Below, one piece after another: positions 51,131-62,714 of a stretch of DNA of 64,000 bases. Under the pieces are notes generated by a model, which was given only the letters and a program-made list of their open reading frames with translations, was not told the DNA's origin and searched no databases. Origin of the DNA: Chiloscyllium plagiosum (lineage: Eukaryota); assembly GCF_004010195.1 (NCBI RefSeq), contig NC_057749.1, forward strand, positions 7,611,936-7,675,935, in the 5' to 3' direction. Numbering within the stretch: the stretch's first letter is position 1; each line of letters opens with the position of its first letter. The translations under genes and the position numbers were made by a program.

Positions 51131-51346
51131 ATTAAGTTGAAGGACAATTCGGTATGGGCACCAAATATAGACTTCACCAGCAACATCTATATTCTGTCAA
51201 ATCTTTAAAAGCATGTTTGAAACCCCTGAGATGACTTGGCAGTGTTCACAAGAGCTTATGGACGAATCAGTCAAGTCTCAAAGTGTTTGACTCATCAAGC
51301 CACCAAACACTTAATGGTGACCAAAGCCACAGCCAATTCAATAACA

Positions 51347-51442
51347 TGATGTGGAGTGCCAGTGGTGGACTGGGGTGGACAAAGTTAAAAATCACACAAC
51401 AGCAGATTATAGTCCAACCTATTGTTGTGTGGTTTTTAAATT
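51347..51442. mobile_element. Internally deleted PLE fold-back mini-element
   Basis: gatgtggagtgccagtggtggactggggtggacaaagttaaaaatcacacaaca...tgttgtgtggtttttaa; same family as 18499 and 59668. Confidence 0.6.
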
Positions 51443-51504
51443 CAAGACCAGTAACACTTAATATCTAGCCTCAGCGTGTGCTTCTCTCCAACAAGAGAGA
51501 GAGT

Positions 51505-52175
51505 GTAAGCATCATCACCCCTTGACATTTAATGGCACTACATTATCTAAATTTCTTGTCAACATCCTCTGGGTTACGCTTGATGAGAAAATGAACTAGA
51601 CCAGGCATTTAACAGTGGAAAATAGCGAGGAACTTTGAATAGAGAACCTCACCTCCTGATTCTCCAAGGCCATCCACTAACCAAAAGGTACAGGTCAGAA
51701 GGAATGCTCTCTACTTGCCTGCATGAATGAACACTCAAGAAGCTCGACATTATCCAGGACAAAGTAGCCCACTTGAATGGCCATCCAACAAATTAAGCAT
51801 TCTCCTCCCTCCACCCCACCAATACACAGTAGCAGCAGTGAGTGCCATCTACAAGATGCACTGCAGCGACACATCTCCTCTGATAGGATCTTTCAAAGGT
51901 GTGACCTTTACCAGCAGAAGGGCAGAGTTTATGGGAGCATCACCACCTGCAAGTCACCTACCAAGCCACTGCCATACTGATTTGGAAATATATCGCAGTT
52001 TTTTCACTATCATCTGATTAAAAATCCTGGCACTCTTTTCCTAACACCCCTATAGGTGCTCCTACAGCACACAAGCCTGCAACAACTCAAGGCAACAGCT
52101 CACCAGCACCTTCTCAAGGACATCAGACACTGGCCTTGCCCTTTTCAGAGACATTCCACAAATGGATAAAAACCT
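51505..52175 (+). mobile_element. CR1/L2-group LINE 3' portion
   Basis: HQYTVAAVSAIYKMHCS; homologous to 37680-38400. Confidence 0.8.
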
Positions 52176-52475
52176 AATTTCACAAAATATGTTTTATAAC
52201 TTCAATGTACTACGTAGATGAAAATCCAAAATCCAAATAGAAAAATATCAGGTCAAGCATCACTTGTGAATGTCACTTGTGAAATATTAATATTTCAGGC
52301 TGATAAACTTTCATTGGAACAACCTTGGTTAAGGTGGCTACATTCCAGACAAATTTGAGGATGGACAATGTGTAACGATGATACTGTTTCACAAAAGGTT
52401 GCAACTACAAACAAAACACAACCAACAACTGATTTTTTTTTGAAAGAAGGAACATGCAGTAGAGTCAGAGATACA

Positions 52476-53972
52476 GTCATAGACATGTACAGCATGGAAA
52501 CAGACCCTTCAATCCAACTTGTCCATGCCAACCACATATCCTAACCTAATTTAATCCAGTTTGCCAGCTCTTGGCCCATATCCCTTAATTCTTCCTATTC
52601 ATATATTCATCCAGATGCCTTTTAAATGTTGTAATTGTACCAGCCTCCACCACTTCCTCTGGCAGCTCATTCTGTACATGCACCACCCTTTGCATGAAAA
52701 AGTTGCTCCTTAGGTCCCTATTATATCTTTTCCCTCTCACCCTAAAACTATGACCTCTAGTTTTGGACTGCCCCACCCCAGGGAAAAGACTTTGTCTATT
52801 TACCCTACCCATGACTCCCATGATTTTATAAACCTCCAGAAGGTCACCCCTCAGCCTCCATGCTCCAGGGAAAACAGCCCCAGCCTGTTCAGCCCCTCCC
52901 TGTGGCTCCAATCCTCTAACCCTGGCAGCATCCTTGTAAATCTTTTCTGAACCCTTTCAAGTTTCAAAACATCCTTCCGATAGGAAGGAGACCAGAATTG
53001 CACACAATATTCCAAAAGTGGCCTAACCAATGTCCTGTACAGCCGCCACATGTCCTCCCAATTCGTATACTCAATGCTCTGACCAATAAAGGAAAGCATA
53101 CCAAATGCCTTCTTCACTATCCTATCTACCCACAACTCTACTTTCAAGGAAATATGAACCTGCACTCCAAGGTCTCTTTGTTCAGACACACTCCCCAGGA
53201 CCTTACCATTATGTGTATCAGTTCCACTCTGATTTGCTTTTCCAAAAATACAGCACCTCGCACTTATCTAAATTAAACTCCATCTGCTACTCATCAGCCT
53301 ATTGGCCCATTTGATCAAGATCCCATTGTACTCTGAGGTAATCTTCTTCATTGTCCACTACACCTCCAATTTTGATGTCATCTGCAAACTTACTAACCAT
53401 ACCTCCCGTGTGCACATACAAATCATTTATAAATGATGAAAAGCAGTAGACCCAGCACCGATCCTTGTGGCACCCCACTGGTTACAGGCCTTCACTCTGA
53501 AAAGCAACTCTCCATCACCACTCTCTGTCTTCTTCCTTTGAGCTAGTTCTGTATCCAAATGGCTAATTCCTTCTCTATTCCATGAGATTTAACCTTGCTA
53601 ACCGGTCTCCCATGAGGTACTTTGTCAAACACATTATGAGACATGATTTCCCACACACAAAGCCATGTTGACTATCCCTAATCAGTCTTTGCCTTTCCAA
53701 ATACATGTACATCCTATCCCTCAGGATTGTCTCCAACAACTTGCCCACCACTGATGTCAGGCTCACCGGTATATAGTTCCCTCGTTTGTCCTTACCACCT
53801 TTCTTAAACAGTGGCACCACGTTAGCCAACCTCCAATCTTCCGGCACCTCACCTGTGACTATCAATGATACAAATATCTCAGCAAGAGACCCAGCAATCA
53901 CTTCCCCACCTTCCCACAGAGTTCTAGGGTACACCTGATCAACTTATGGGGATTTATCCACTTTTATGTGTT
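52476..53972 (-). mobile_element. CR1/HER1 LINE ORF2 (RT) to 3' end
   Basis: VPEDWRLANVVPLFKKG.K....NY.PVSLTSVVGKLLE; LYRTLVRPLLEYCVQFWSP; LRGDLLEVYKIM. Confidence 0.95.
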
Positions 53973-54564
53973 TTAATAATTGTTTCTTTCCCAAGATATT
54001 CACATGTGACCTTGAACGATACAGTGTTCATGCAAATTGCTTAACTTTTCAATAGCATTCACCCTTAGTCATATTAAAATATTGATTGCATGTTTTATTT
54101 TAAGAAAGAAAATCCATCAAAGGGAAAAAGTCATTGACAGAAACATGTTTTATCCCATTTAAGGGGCGTAACAAAAAAGAAAGTACTTTCAACCCAGTAG
54201 ATATGGAGAAACTGTTCACGCTCATAAAGGGATTGACAACCAGACGGAACAGTTTTAAAGTGTTTAATGAAAAGATGCAGATGTGAGGAGAGAAAGCTTT
54301 TTTCACACAGCAAGGAGTTAGGGCCAGGAAGTGTGGGGGAAGCAGGTTCAAATGAGGCATTCTAGGCAGCATTAGGTGATTAATTGGAAACACTGTGCAA
54401 GGCTTATGGGGAAAAGGCAGGAAATGATCACAAAAAGAAAATGCTTGGAGACCCAGTGCAAACATGGTGAACTGAATGACCTCCTTCTACGGAGAGGAAG
54501 AAGAAAAACCTTGCAGAACCAATTTTTTTTTTTGCACAACATAAAGATGCTCCATCTCTTTTGA

Positions 54565-55202
54565 AATTTGTGTCACAAGTAGACAGGGTGGTTGAGAAGG
54601 CATTGAGAGTGCTTGCCTTCATTGCTCAGATCTTTTGAGTCCAGGAATTGGGACGTCATGTTGAGGTTGTACAGGATGTTGGTGAGGCCTCTTCTGCAGT
54701 ACTGTGTTCTGGAGGTTGCCTTGTTGTAGGAAGTCTATTATTAAGCTGGAGAGGGTTATAGTCATGAATGAAGTGTTTGAGATACAAAAATAGACTGGAA
54801 AGACTGGGATTTTTTCACTGGAGTGGAGGAGGTTGAGGGGTGACTTTATAGATGATTATAAAATTATGAGGAGGACAGATAAGATGAATGACAAAGATCT
54901 TTTCCTAGGGTGGAGGAGTTCAAAACTAGAGGGCAAGTTTCTAAGATGCGAGGAGAAAGATTCATAAAGGAGATGAGGGACAGATTCTTTTAAAACAGTG
55001 CGGCTCTTGTGTGGATTAAACTGACAGAAATTAGTGGATGCAGGTACAGTCACAATGTTTAAAAGACACTTAGATAAGTTCATGAATAGGACAGGTTTGG
55101 AGGGATATGGGCCAAACATAGGCAGGTGGGACTAGTTTAGTTTGGGAACCTGTTTGGCATTGACTGACAGGACCAAAGGGTTGGTTTCTTTGCTGTATAA
55201 CT
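54565..55202 (+). mobile_element. CR1/HER1 LINE 3' portion
   Basis: Reverse-complement homolog of 52476-53150. Confidence 0.88.
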
Positions 55203-56954
55203 GTTTTTTTAAGAGTCCAAGGGTGAAACGAGTCTTTATAAACAATCACATGCTGACAGAACAACAGTCCAGACCAGAGAAAGGCAACCAGCCAAAGCAA
55301 CTTTCGTTCTGGGCCTTTAATTCTCCTGGCATAAGATGGTCACATTGGAACAGTCCAGGTGACAATGCATACAACAATAACATCTGAAAGCGCATCACAC
55401 TCTTTAACAGCCAGCTTATGAATACCTGAAGTGAAATTTCAATTTAGCAAGACAGAGCCTTTTTAAATGAATTAACTCACCCAAATTTGTGGTGCTGCTA
55501 AATCCATAGAGATCACGCATTTGGTTCGTTCCTTTTGGAGAAAGAGTTGAGAGGCCTGTCCTTTCAGCGTTCCAGTTGAGGGACGACTAAAAGATCTTCT
55601 GTTGGCTTTTTTTGATAACTGTAACATTATGGCACTTTTCACGACAATTACATTTTATGTCAGAACAACAGAATTCCCCAATTTTTCCTGAGTACTGAGC
55701 CATTAAATTAAATTTAGGTCATTTGTAAACTACCAAGACAAATCCAAATGCAGTTATCATCAAGTGTTTCCATTTTGCTTGGACACTGGGGTAGGAAATG
55801 ATAAAGAGTGTCTTTCCCTTGAATGGTGGAAGTGCAGCTGGTTTGGATTATGCAGTCAAATGATAGCTCAGTTAACTGGATTGTTTGCATGATTGCAATC
55901 AGCTTTGATTATATTGAAGGCGCAACTGAGGCAAATTGTCTTGTTTCTCCTTCCATTAGACCCTGGAGAGTTTTCTCCACCAACACCAGCCATCACATCT
56001 ACCTTGACGTCTGTGACTTCAGGGTCCAGTGCTTTTGGAAAATTGGCTCTTAAACCTAAATACAATCATTTGAATGTGCCAATTTCCTTTTTTAAAATAA
56101 CTAGCATCACAAAAACCTAAACCTATTTCACCTCCAGCCGTTCTAATATTGCTGCTACTTAAATAGATTTTGTTTAACATAAACTCGAGAGAACAGAAAC
56201 AGTCTGAATGTGTGATGGCTTCAGTTTTAGTGGAAAGTGTTTGAAATTCTGTCCTTGAAAGAGCTTTACATGCAAGTCATCAATTCTGCTGCTGTTACAG
56301 TAAATCCAAGAAATATGGTGTAGCAGCAACATGTGGGAATAAATCTTCACCTGCATAAGTAAAGAATGGAAGAAATGTAGGGTTGCAAGTAGGAGGCATT
56401 GCCTGAATTCCAAATATATTCTCCTGGAGTGAAAAGTGTCGGGGAGCTATCAAAGGAAGTTATCCCATGGTGAGATGGAAAGGAATACTGATTTTGATTC
56501 TGTGCCAGGTCACAAACCCAACTACCCTTTATTTTCTGGAGATGGTGAGTTAAGGCCTTCGTGGAAGATGAATAAAGATGACTATTGACTACAGCCAAAA
56601 TGGTGAGCAGACTGACAGTTACATGAGGTGTGAAATTTTATATCAGAGTAACAAGGTGTGGAAACAAATGCCTCCCTAAAGTTACTGCTGTCAATTTTGA
56701 GTTTTAAAATCTTCTAGGCAAAGATGGGTTTAGTGCCACTGGCCCAGCAAATAGTGAGACTTTATTTTGGGATGTTTTATTGTCACAGTTTGCACAGAAT
56801 TTTCTGTGGATTTTAGGAATATTTTCACTCATGCTAAATGGGGGTAGCTGTCAGTACAAGACTTTTCACTTGTAACTCTCACACATTGTGGTAAAGTTGA
56901 TCAGATTAGAACTTGGTTTTGTTATACTAATATAGCAGGCAAGTTTATTTAGGT

Positions 56955-57320
56955 GACTACAAAGAATTATGAACACAGGCCAGTTCATCACAAAAACTAG
57001 CCTCCCATCCATTGACTCTGTTTATACTTCCCACTGTCTTGGGAAAGCAATCAAAGTAATCAAAGACCACTCCCACCCTAGTTATTTGAAAACACGTACC
57101 AACAGATTCAAGGACAGCTTCTTCTCTGCTGTTATCAGACCTTTGAACAGACATCTCAAAAGTTAGTTTTGATCTCCCTCTCTGCAACTGTAACACTGTA
57201 TTCTGCACTCTGTTCTGCTACTCTGATGCACTTTGTATTGTACGATCTGTCCGGATAGCATACAAAACAACACTTTTCACTATATCTCAGTACATGTGGC
57301 AACAATAAATCAAATTCAAA
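56955..57320 (+). mobile_element. Rex1/Babar-type LINE 3' end
   Basis: LPSIDSVYTSHCLGKA..IKDHSHP..KTRTNRFKDSFFSAVIRPLN; tail tacatgtggcaacaataaatcaaattcaaa. Confidence 0.8.
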
Positions 57321-57495
57321 CTCATTGTCTCTGCCATCATTTTATTGTCACAGTTATCCACCTGAACCACCCAGATTCACTGTCACCAATCTTTCTTGCT
57401 GTTATTAGTCTGGGCTACTAATACCGTCTAGATAGTCTGAATCTTGATGAACAGGTTTATTATGTCTTAATCAGGAGATAGTTACATTATATCCA

Positions 57496-57742
57496 GGGGG
57501 CCCCTCTTGTGGTGCAGTGATAGTGTCCCTACCCCTGAACCAAGACATCCAGGTTCAAGCCTCATCTGCTCCATAGGTGTGTAATAACATCTCTGAATAG
57601 CTTGTTTAGAAAAAAATAGGTTAAGCATAAAATAAAGCTTTTATCAAAGGGCTCTTGTAGTGCAGTAGTAGTGTTCCTCCCTCTGAGCTAGAAGACTTGG
57701 GTTCAAGTCCCACATGCCTGAATAGGTTGATTAGAAAATACA
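57496..57742 (+). mobile_element. Two adjacent short family C SINEs
   Basis: 57496-57615 and 57648-57742, each ctcttgt(g/a)gtgcagt(g/a)..agtgt..ct...ggttcaag...aatag.ttg.ttagaaaa. Confidence 0.75.
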
Positions 57743-57947
57743 CAGTTACATTATGTCTCGGTTACATAATGGTCTCTTATGAAGCATTAGGCTCAGCTTA
57801 CTCTTAAGTTCACATTACAGTGACAAAAACATTCTTGCACCACATTGGTAACAAATCCAGCATTAAAGACTGGTGAGATCATCCCAGGAATGATCCCTTG
57901 CATCCTAATTGGTAGATCTTAGTTACAATATCAGTTAAGCTAGGGAA

Positions 57948-58192
57948 CTACGGGGCAACTTTTTCACACAGAGGGTGGTGCGTGTATAGAATGAGCTGCC
58001 AGAAGAAATGGTGGAGGCTGGTACAACTATATTTATAAGGCATCTGGATGGGTATTTGAATAGGAAGGGTTTAGAGGGATATGGGCCAAGTGCTGGCAAA
58101 TGGGACTACATTTGGTTAGGATATCTGGTCAGCATGGACAAGTTGGACCAAAGAGTCTGTTTCCATGCTGTACATCTCTATGACTCTATGAC
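57948..58192 (+). mobile_element. CR1/HER1 LINE 3' end
   Basis: FFTQRVVRV.NELPEE followed by a UTR ending ctctatgactctatga. Confidence 0.88.
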
Positions 58193-58254
58193 TGCCTTAA
58201 AGAACATTTAAGGACTTATCTTTTTTATTCTTAATAGGGTCTAATCATATTGAG

Positions 58255-59037
58255 TTTTTTTTTATTCACGTGGGCTTTGCTGGGTGGGTCAGCAATTATT
58301 TTGGCCGTTGTACCCTTGAGAAGATGGTGTGGAATAATCTTCTGGGGCAGCTGCAATCCATGTGTTTTAGGTAAGCTCACAATGTCATTTAAGGAGGGAG
58401 TTCCATGATTTTGACCCATTGAGACTGAAGGATCAACAATACATTAGATTAGATTACATTACATTACAGTGTGGAAACAGGCCCTTCGGCCCAACAAGTC
58501 CACACCGACCCGCCGAAGCGCAACCCACCCATATCCCTGACATTTACCCCTTACCTAACACTAAGGGCAATTTAGCATGTCCAATTCACCTAACCTGCAC
58601 ATCTTTGGACTGTGGCGGGAATTGAACCCGGGTCTCCGGCGCTGTGAGGCAGCAGTGCTAACCACTGCGCCACCGTGCCGCCCACATATTCCAAGTCAAG
58701 ATGATGAGTGGTTTGGAGAGGAGCTGGTGGTGTTCCCATGTGTTTGCTGCTTTTGTCCTTCTAGATAGAAATGGTTGTGCGTTTAGAAGGTGCTCTGAGG
58801 ATTTTGTTTGTGGATGTGGTACAATTAAGCAGATTTTTTTTTGTCCTGGATGGCATCAAGCTTCTTGAGTATTGTTGGAGCTGCGAAATTCTAGCACATT
58901 TTCGACTTGTCCATAGTAGATGATTGAGGCTTTGGGGAGTCAAATGATAATTTACTTACTGCAGGATTCCTTGCCTCTGATCTGCCCTTGCCATCACATG
59001 ATGAGTCCAGTTTAGTTTCGGGTCAATGGTAACCCCA
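58255..59037 (-). mobile_element. CR1/L2-group LINE 3' portion interrupted by HE1
   Basis: Homologous to 37680-38300. Confidence 0.75.
58445..58683 (-). mobile_element. HE1 SINE (young) with most of the V-domain deleted
   Basis: tttggactgtgg is joined directly to cgggaattgaaccc; CpGs retained. Confidence 0.92.
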
Positions 59038-59238
59038 CATGAGTCACTGTTCTATCCAACTTCAAATACAAACTCAAGTGTGACCAGTTGTAGTATGAGG
59101 AAAGCATTGAGCTTAGTGGAGGTTTAAAAGGTTCTACTGAGCAAAGCTATGCACATAACATGGCAAGAGAGGATGTCTTACGTACCTGGAGGTTTACAGA
59201 TCCAGGCTCCAATTCAAAGTGATCTGATGTCAATATGG

Positions 59239-59486
59239 TTCTGGATCAGTGGTGCTGGAAGAGCACAGCAGTTCAGGCAGCATCCAATGAGCAACGAAAT
59301 CGATGTTTCGGGCAAAAGCCCTTCATCAGGAATAAAGGCAGTGAGCCTGAAGCGTGGAGAGATAAACTAGGGGTCCACATTGATGCCCTGGGGTTGAAGT
59401 GTTCCAAGGCGGAAGATGAGGCGTTCTTCCTCCAGGCGTCTGGTGGTGAGGGAGCGGCGGTGAAGGAGGCCCAGGACCTCCATGTC
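59239..59486 (-). mobile_element. Short PLE 3' insertion (GIY-YIG C-terminus plus hammerhead-bearing tail)
   Basis: Minus strand encodes DMEVLGLLHRRSLTTRRLEEERLIFRLGTLQPQGINVD; probable TSD atgtca(a/c)tatgg at 59227-59238 and 59482-59493. Confidence 0.88.
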
Positions 59487-59667
59487 ACTATGGAATAATT
59501 CTGTTTGCACATGCTCAGTAACTATGCTTACAGTAAAGTTATAATTTTATTTACAGTGCAACATTCCATTTATCAAGTAAATTCAGTGCTCTACTTGGTT
59601 GAAATTAAACTTTCCTGGTAATAATACTTCAGGTACTACAGCTTCCGAATGTGATCAGATATTTTTT

Positions 59668-59850
59668 TAAAATCACACAACACCAGGTTATAATCAAACA
59701 GGTTTATTTGGAAGTACAAGCTTTCAGAGCGCTGCTCCGTTGTCAGCACTTTGACAAAGGGGCAGCGCTCTGAAAGCTAGTGCTTCCAATTAAACCTGTT
59801 GGACTAAACCTGTTTGTGCACCCCAGTCCAACACCAGCACCTTCACATCA
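59668..59850. mobile_element. PLE fold-back mini-element
   Basis: Arms aacaggtttatttggaagtacaagctttcagagcgctgctcc / ggggcagcgctctgaaagctagtgcttccaattaaacctgtt. Confidence 0.8.
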
Positions 59851-59949
59851 TCTGATATTTTATCATCTTTAAAGATTATATTCCGCAGTAATGGCAGTTC
59901 TGCATTTCGCTTTTGTACCGAAGGATTTTCCCTGTGTTTCTTCATTGTA

Positions 59950-60135
59950 ATTGAATTGAATTTGCTTTATTGTCACATGTACTCAAATGAGTACAGTGAA
60001 AGGTTAGTAAGTTGCCACCTACAGTGCAATCTTAGGTACAAAGGTACCTAGGGACAGCTTCTTCAGTTACAAGATTAGTTTGTGTAACAATGTCACCAAC
60101 ACATGGCATCATCTTAGGTACGAATACCTAGGGTA
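59950..60135 (-). mobile_element. Rex1-tail element 3' end
   Basis: tttattgtcacatgtactc is the reverse complement of the tail at 20960-20980. Confidence 0.55.
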
Positions 60136-60137
60136 CC

Positions 60138-60272
60138 TACCTTCCTGATGAAGAGCTCCGACCCGAAATGTCAATTTTCCTGCTCCTCGGATGCTGCCTG
60201 ACCCGCTGTACTTTTCCAGCAACACATTTTCAACTCTGATCTCCAGCATCTGCAGGTCTCTCTGTCTCCACA
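60138..60272 (+). mobile_element. PLE tail mini-element starting at its hammerhead, with a ~15-bp TSD
   Basis: ttcCTGATGAagagctccgacccGAAAtgtc...; flanks gaatacctagggtac (60122-60136) and gaatacctaggtac (60273-60286). Confidence 0.78.
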
Positions 60273-60291
60273 GAATACCTAGGTACAATCC

Positions 60292-60417
60292 TTGTTGTGG
60301 TTCTGTTCGCCGAGCTGGGAATTTGTGTTGCAGCCGTTTCGTTCCCTGTCCAGGTGACATCCTCAGTGCTTGGGAGCAATGAGCACCCGAGCTACAAATC
60401 TTTTCACAAACTTTGAA
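60292..60417 (-). mobile_element. Tail of a different PLE family with a hammerhead remnant
   Basis: Minus strand reads gcaCTGAGGAtgtcacctggacagggaacGAAAcggctgc. Confidence 0.65.
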
Positions 60418-61229
60418 CAATCCTTAGATGCAGGGGAGAGAAATGAAGAAAATAAATGGACTTATGGAAGTTTTGTAGCTGTAATGGAGATTTGCTTGTG
60501 TTTTCATGGCAGTAATGGTGATTTTGAATCATACAATCCTCGACATTATGTCGGCTCATTGGCTCAACTCAGAGTCAGGACTCCTCCCACTGTCCACTGC
60601 CTCACAATGAAGCCTGCACCTCTGCTTTGGTGCTAGGGATTTCCTCTATCCCTGTGGCTATGCTGACAGCTCTTAGAAGCTTTCTGTGTCATTCTCTCAA
60701 GTGTTGTGTTGCCACAAAGTTTCACTACCATCACTAATCAGCTGTCTTTGCTTCTTTTGTAGTCTTTTACATGTCAGTTCCCTGATTCTCCCTGACAAAA
60801 TTTGATTGTTTCATGTTTGATACCATATAGAATGAGAGCTGCACACCTCTGCTCACTACATGTGGCATGTGCCCACTCCTGTCACCTTGTTGTGTGTTGA
60901 TCTGCTCAAACCTGATTTTGTGTGCATCAGGATTACCTGGTCTAACTAGAAGACTCTTGTTAAGTAAACAATACTGATGTTATTGTATTACTGCAATCAT
61001 ATACAGGTTACATTACTATGGCCTACATTGTTGCAGTAATTCAGCACATGAGACGCCAACACATCTCCCACAAGCTTCTGCTTAGGTCTGACTAGGTCCC
61101 GAAGAGATGATCACAGTATGTGGTGTTTACTATGCTCAATTAATCCTTTGGAACCAAATGTGACAATGGTGATGTTTAAATATTGTCCATTAAGGTTAAC
61201 ATATGTGGGAAAACGTGTCAGTCACAGCA

Positions 61230-61475
61230 AGCATATAAGATTGATAGCCCCCATCTGGTCAGTCATCCTTCCCTATTGAAGTGGGCAATGGCTGGATGTT
61301 CATTTGGCAAGGAAATCTGCCACACTGTCTCAGTCTGGCCTGCATGTGACTCCAGACTCCAAGTAACATGCGTTGACCCTCAATTGCTTGAAACGACTTT
61401 GCAGGTCCCTCAGTTGTGGTAATAAAGGGTGGGCAACCAACACCAATGACGGCTGTATCCTGTGAAAAAATAAAG
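61230..61475 (+). mobile_element. tRNA-head SINE family B, 3' part
   Basis: ggaaatctgcc...tctggcctgcatgtgactccagac. Confidence 0.7.
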
Positions 61476-62714
61476 GAAGGGCAAAACAAGTTATTGTTTT
61501 GTTTTGTGCCTGTGTTTTGGAATGATTGCATTATCTTTCGTCTGGCTGTATCCTTCTCCAGTCGCAAAAGTGGTCAGTAAACTGACTTTGCACCAGCCAG
61601 TTCATATACTGCAGAATGAAATCTGGACTCGACAATCGACAATTCATTCAAACCCCTCATCCAAGCAGACGGCTTGTTAATTTTAATCAGGTCGTCTGCA
61701 TGCCTTATCCTTATTTGTACTAAAGTCACCACTGCTCTTAATAGGCTCAATCTGAATGCTTCAAAGTCATTTTATTTTATAAGATAATTTAAAGATAGTA
61801 GTTGGCTCCTTTTATTACGACTGTCATTTTATTTGACAAAATTTATTTCAAATACTTTGAATTTTATGACGGCACAATGAATTGCAAGAGAGAACAATAG
61901 TGCAGGAGGCAAGAGGATGTGAAACCCATAGGAATACTACTGTTTTAAATAAAGACAAAATAACCAAACAGCAACATATTCATATATGTCACAAATATAA
62001 TAAGTATATTTTCAGATAGGAATGACTTTGATTTGAATGACAGAATGCCATCAAGCTGACACATCTGACGGCTGATAGTATTGTTCTTTCAGACACCCGA
62101 GATTCTCTTTGACACCTTCTTATGTGAAAGTGGATTCGGAAAACATATTTTCAATTCACTTTTGGAGTCACTGAATGCAAATCAAGCAGCACGATGTAAC
62201 ACAACTGAGAGCAATCGGAAAGGGGCAGAGAGAAAATTTGATATGCAAGGTAACATTGGTCCTGTGTCAGTTCTGAATCACAGCATTGCAGTCATGCCTC
62301 TGAGTTTGAGGAGTATGTTTTTAAGTCCTAGATTTGGGAAGTCAAGCCTTCAACCACACTCCAGCACAATCCCAAAGAAGTGCTGCACTGTTTGAAGTGC
62401 AGTAACTCTTGACGCTTTCTATGTGTAAAATGAATGAAATAACGTGGATTTTGTTTAATTAAATATCTCTGGATTTATTTGGAGTTAAAATTAATACAGA
62501 ATAATCACAAGACACGTCTTTTGTCGACGAAATTACAACACCACTGCAGCCTTTGGTCATGTGTTGACATGTTGGTCCTTGGTCCATCTGAATATCAAAC
62601 TCTTAAACCAACATTGCTCTTAAAGTGATGATACAACGACCAGGGCCAACTTTCAGTTCGAGTCATCTAACTGCAACACCATCTTACATCTTAGCGGCTG
62701 GTTTTATTTTTTAA

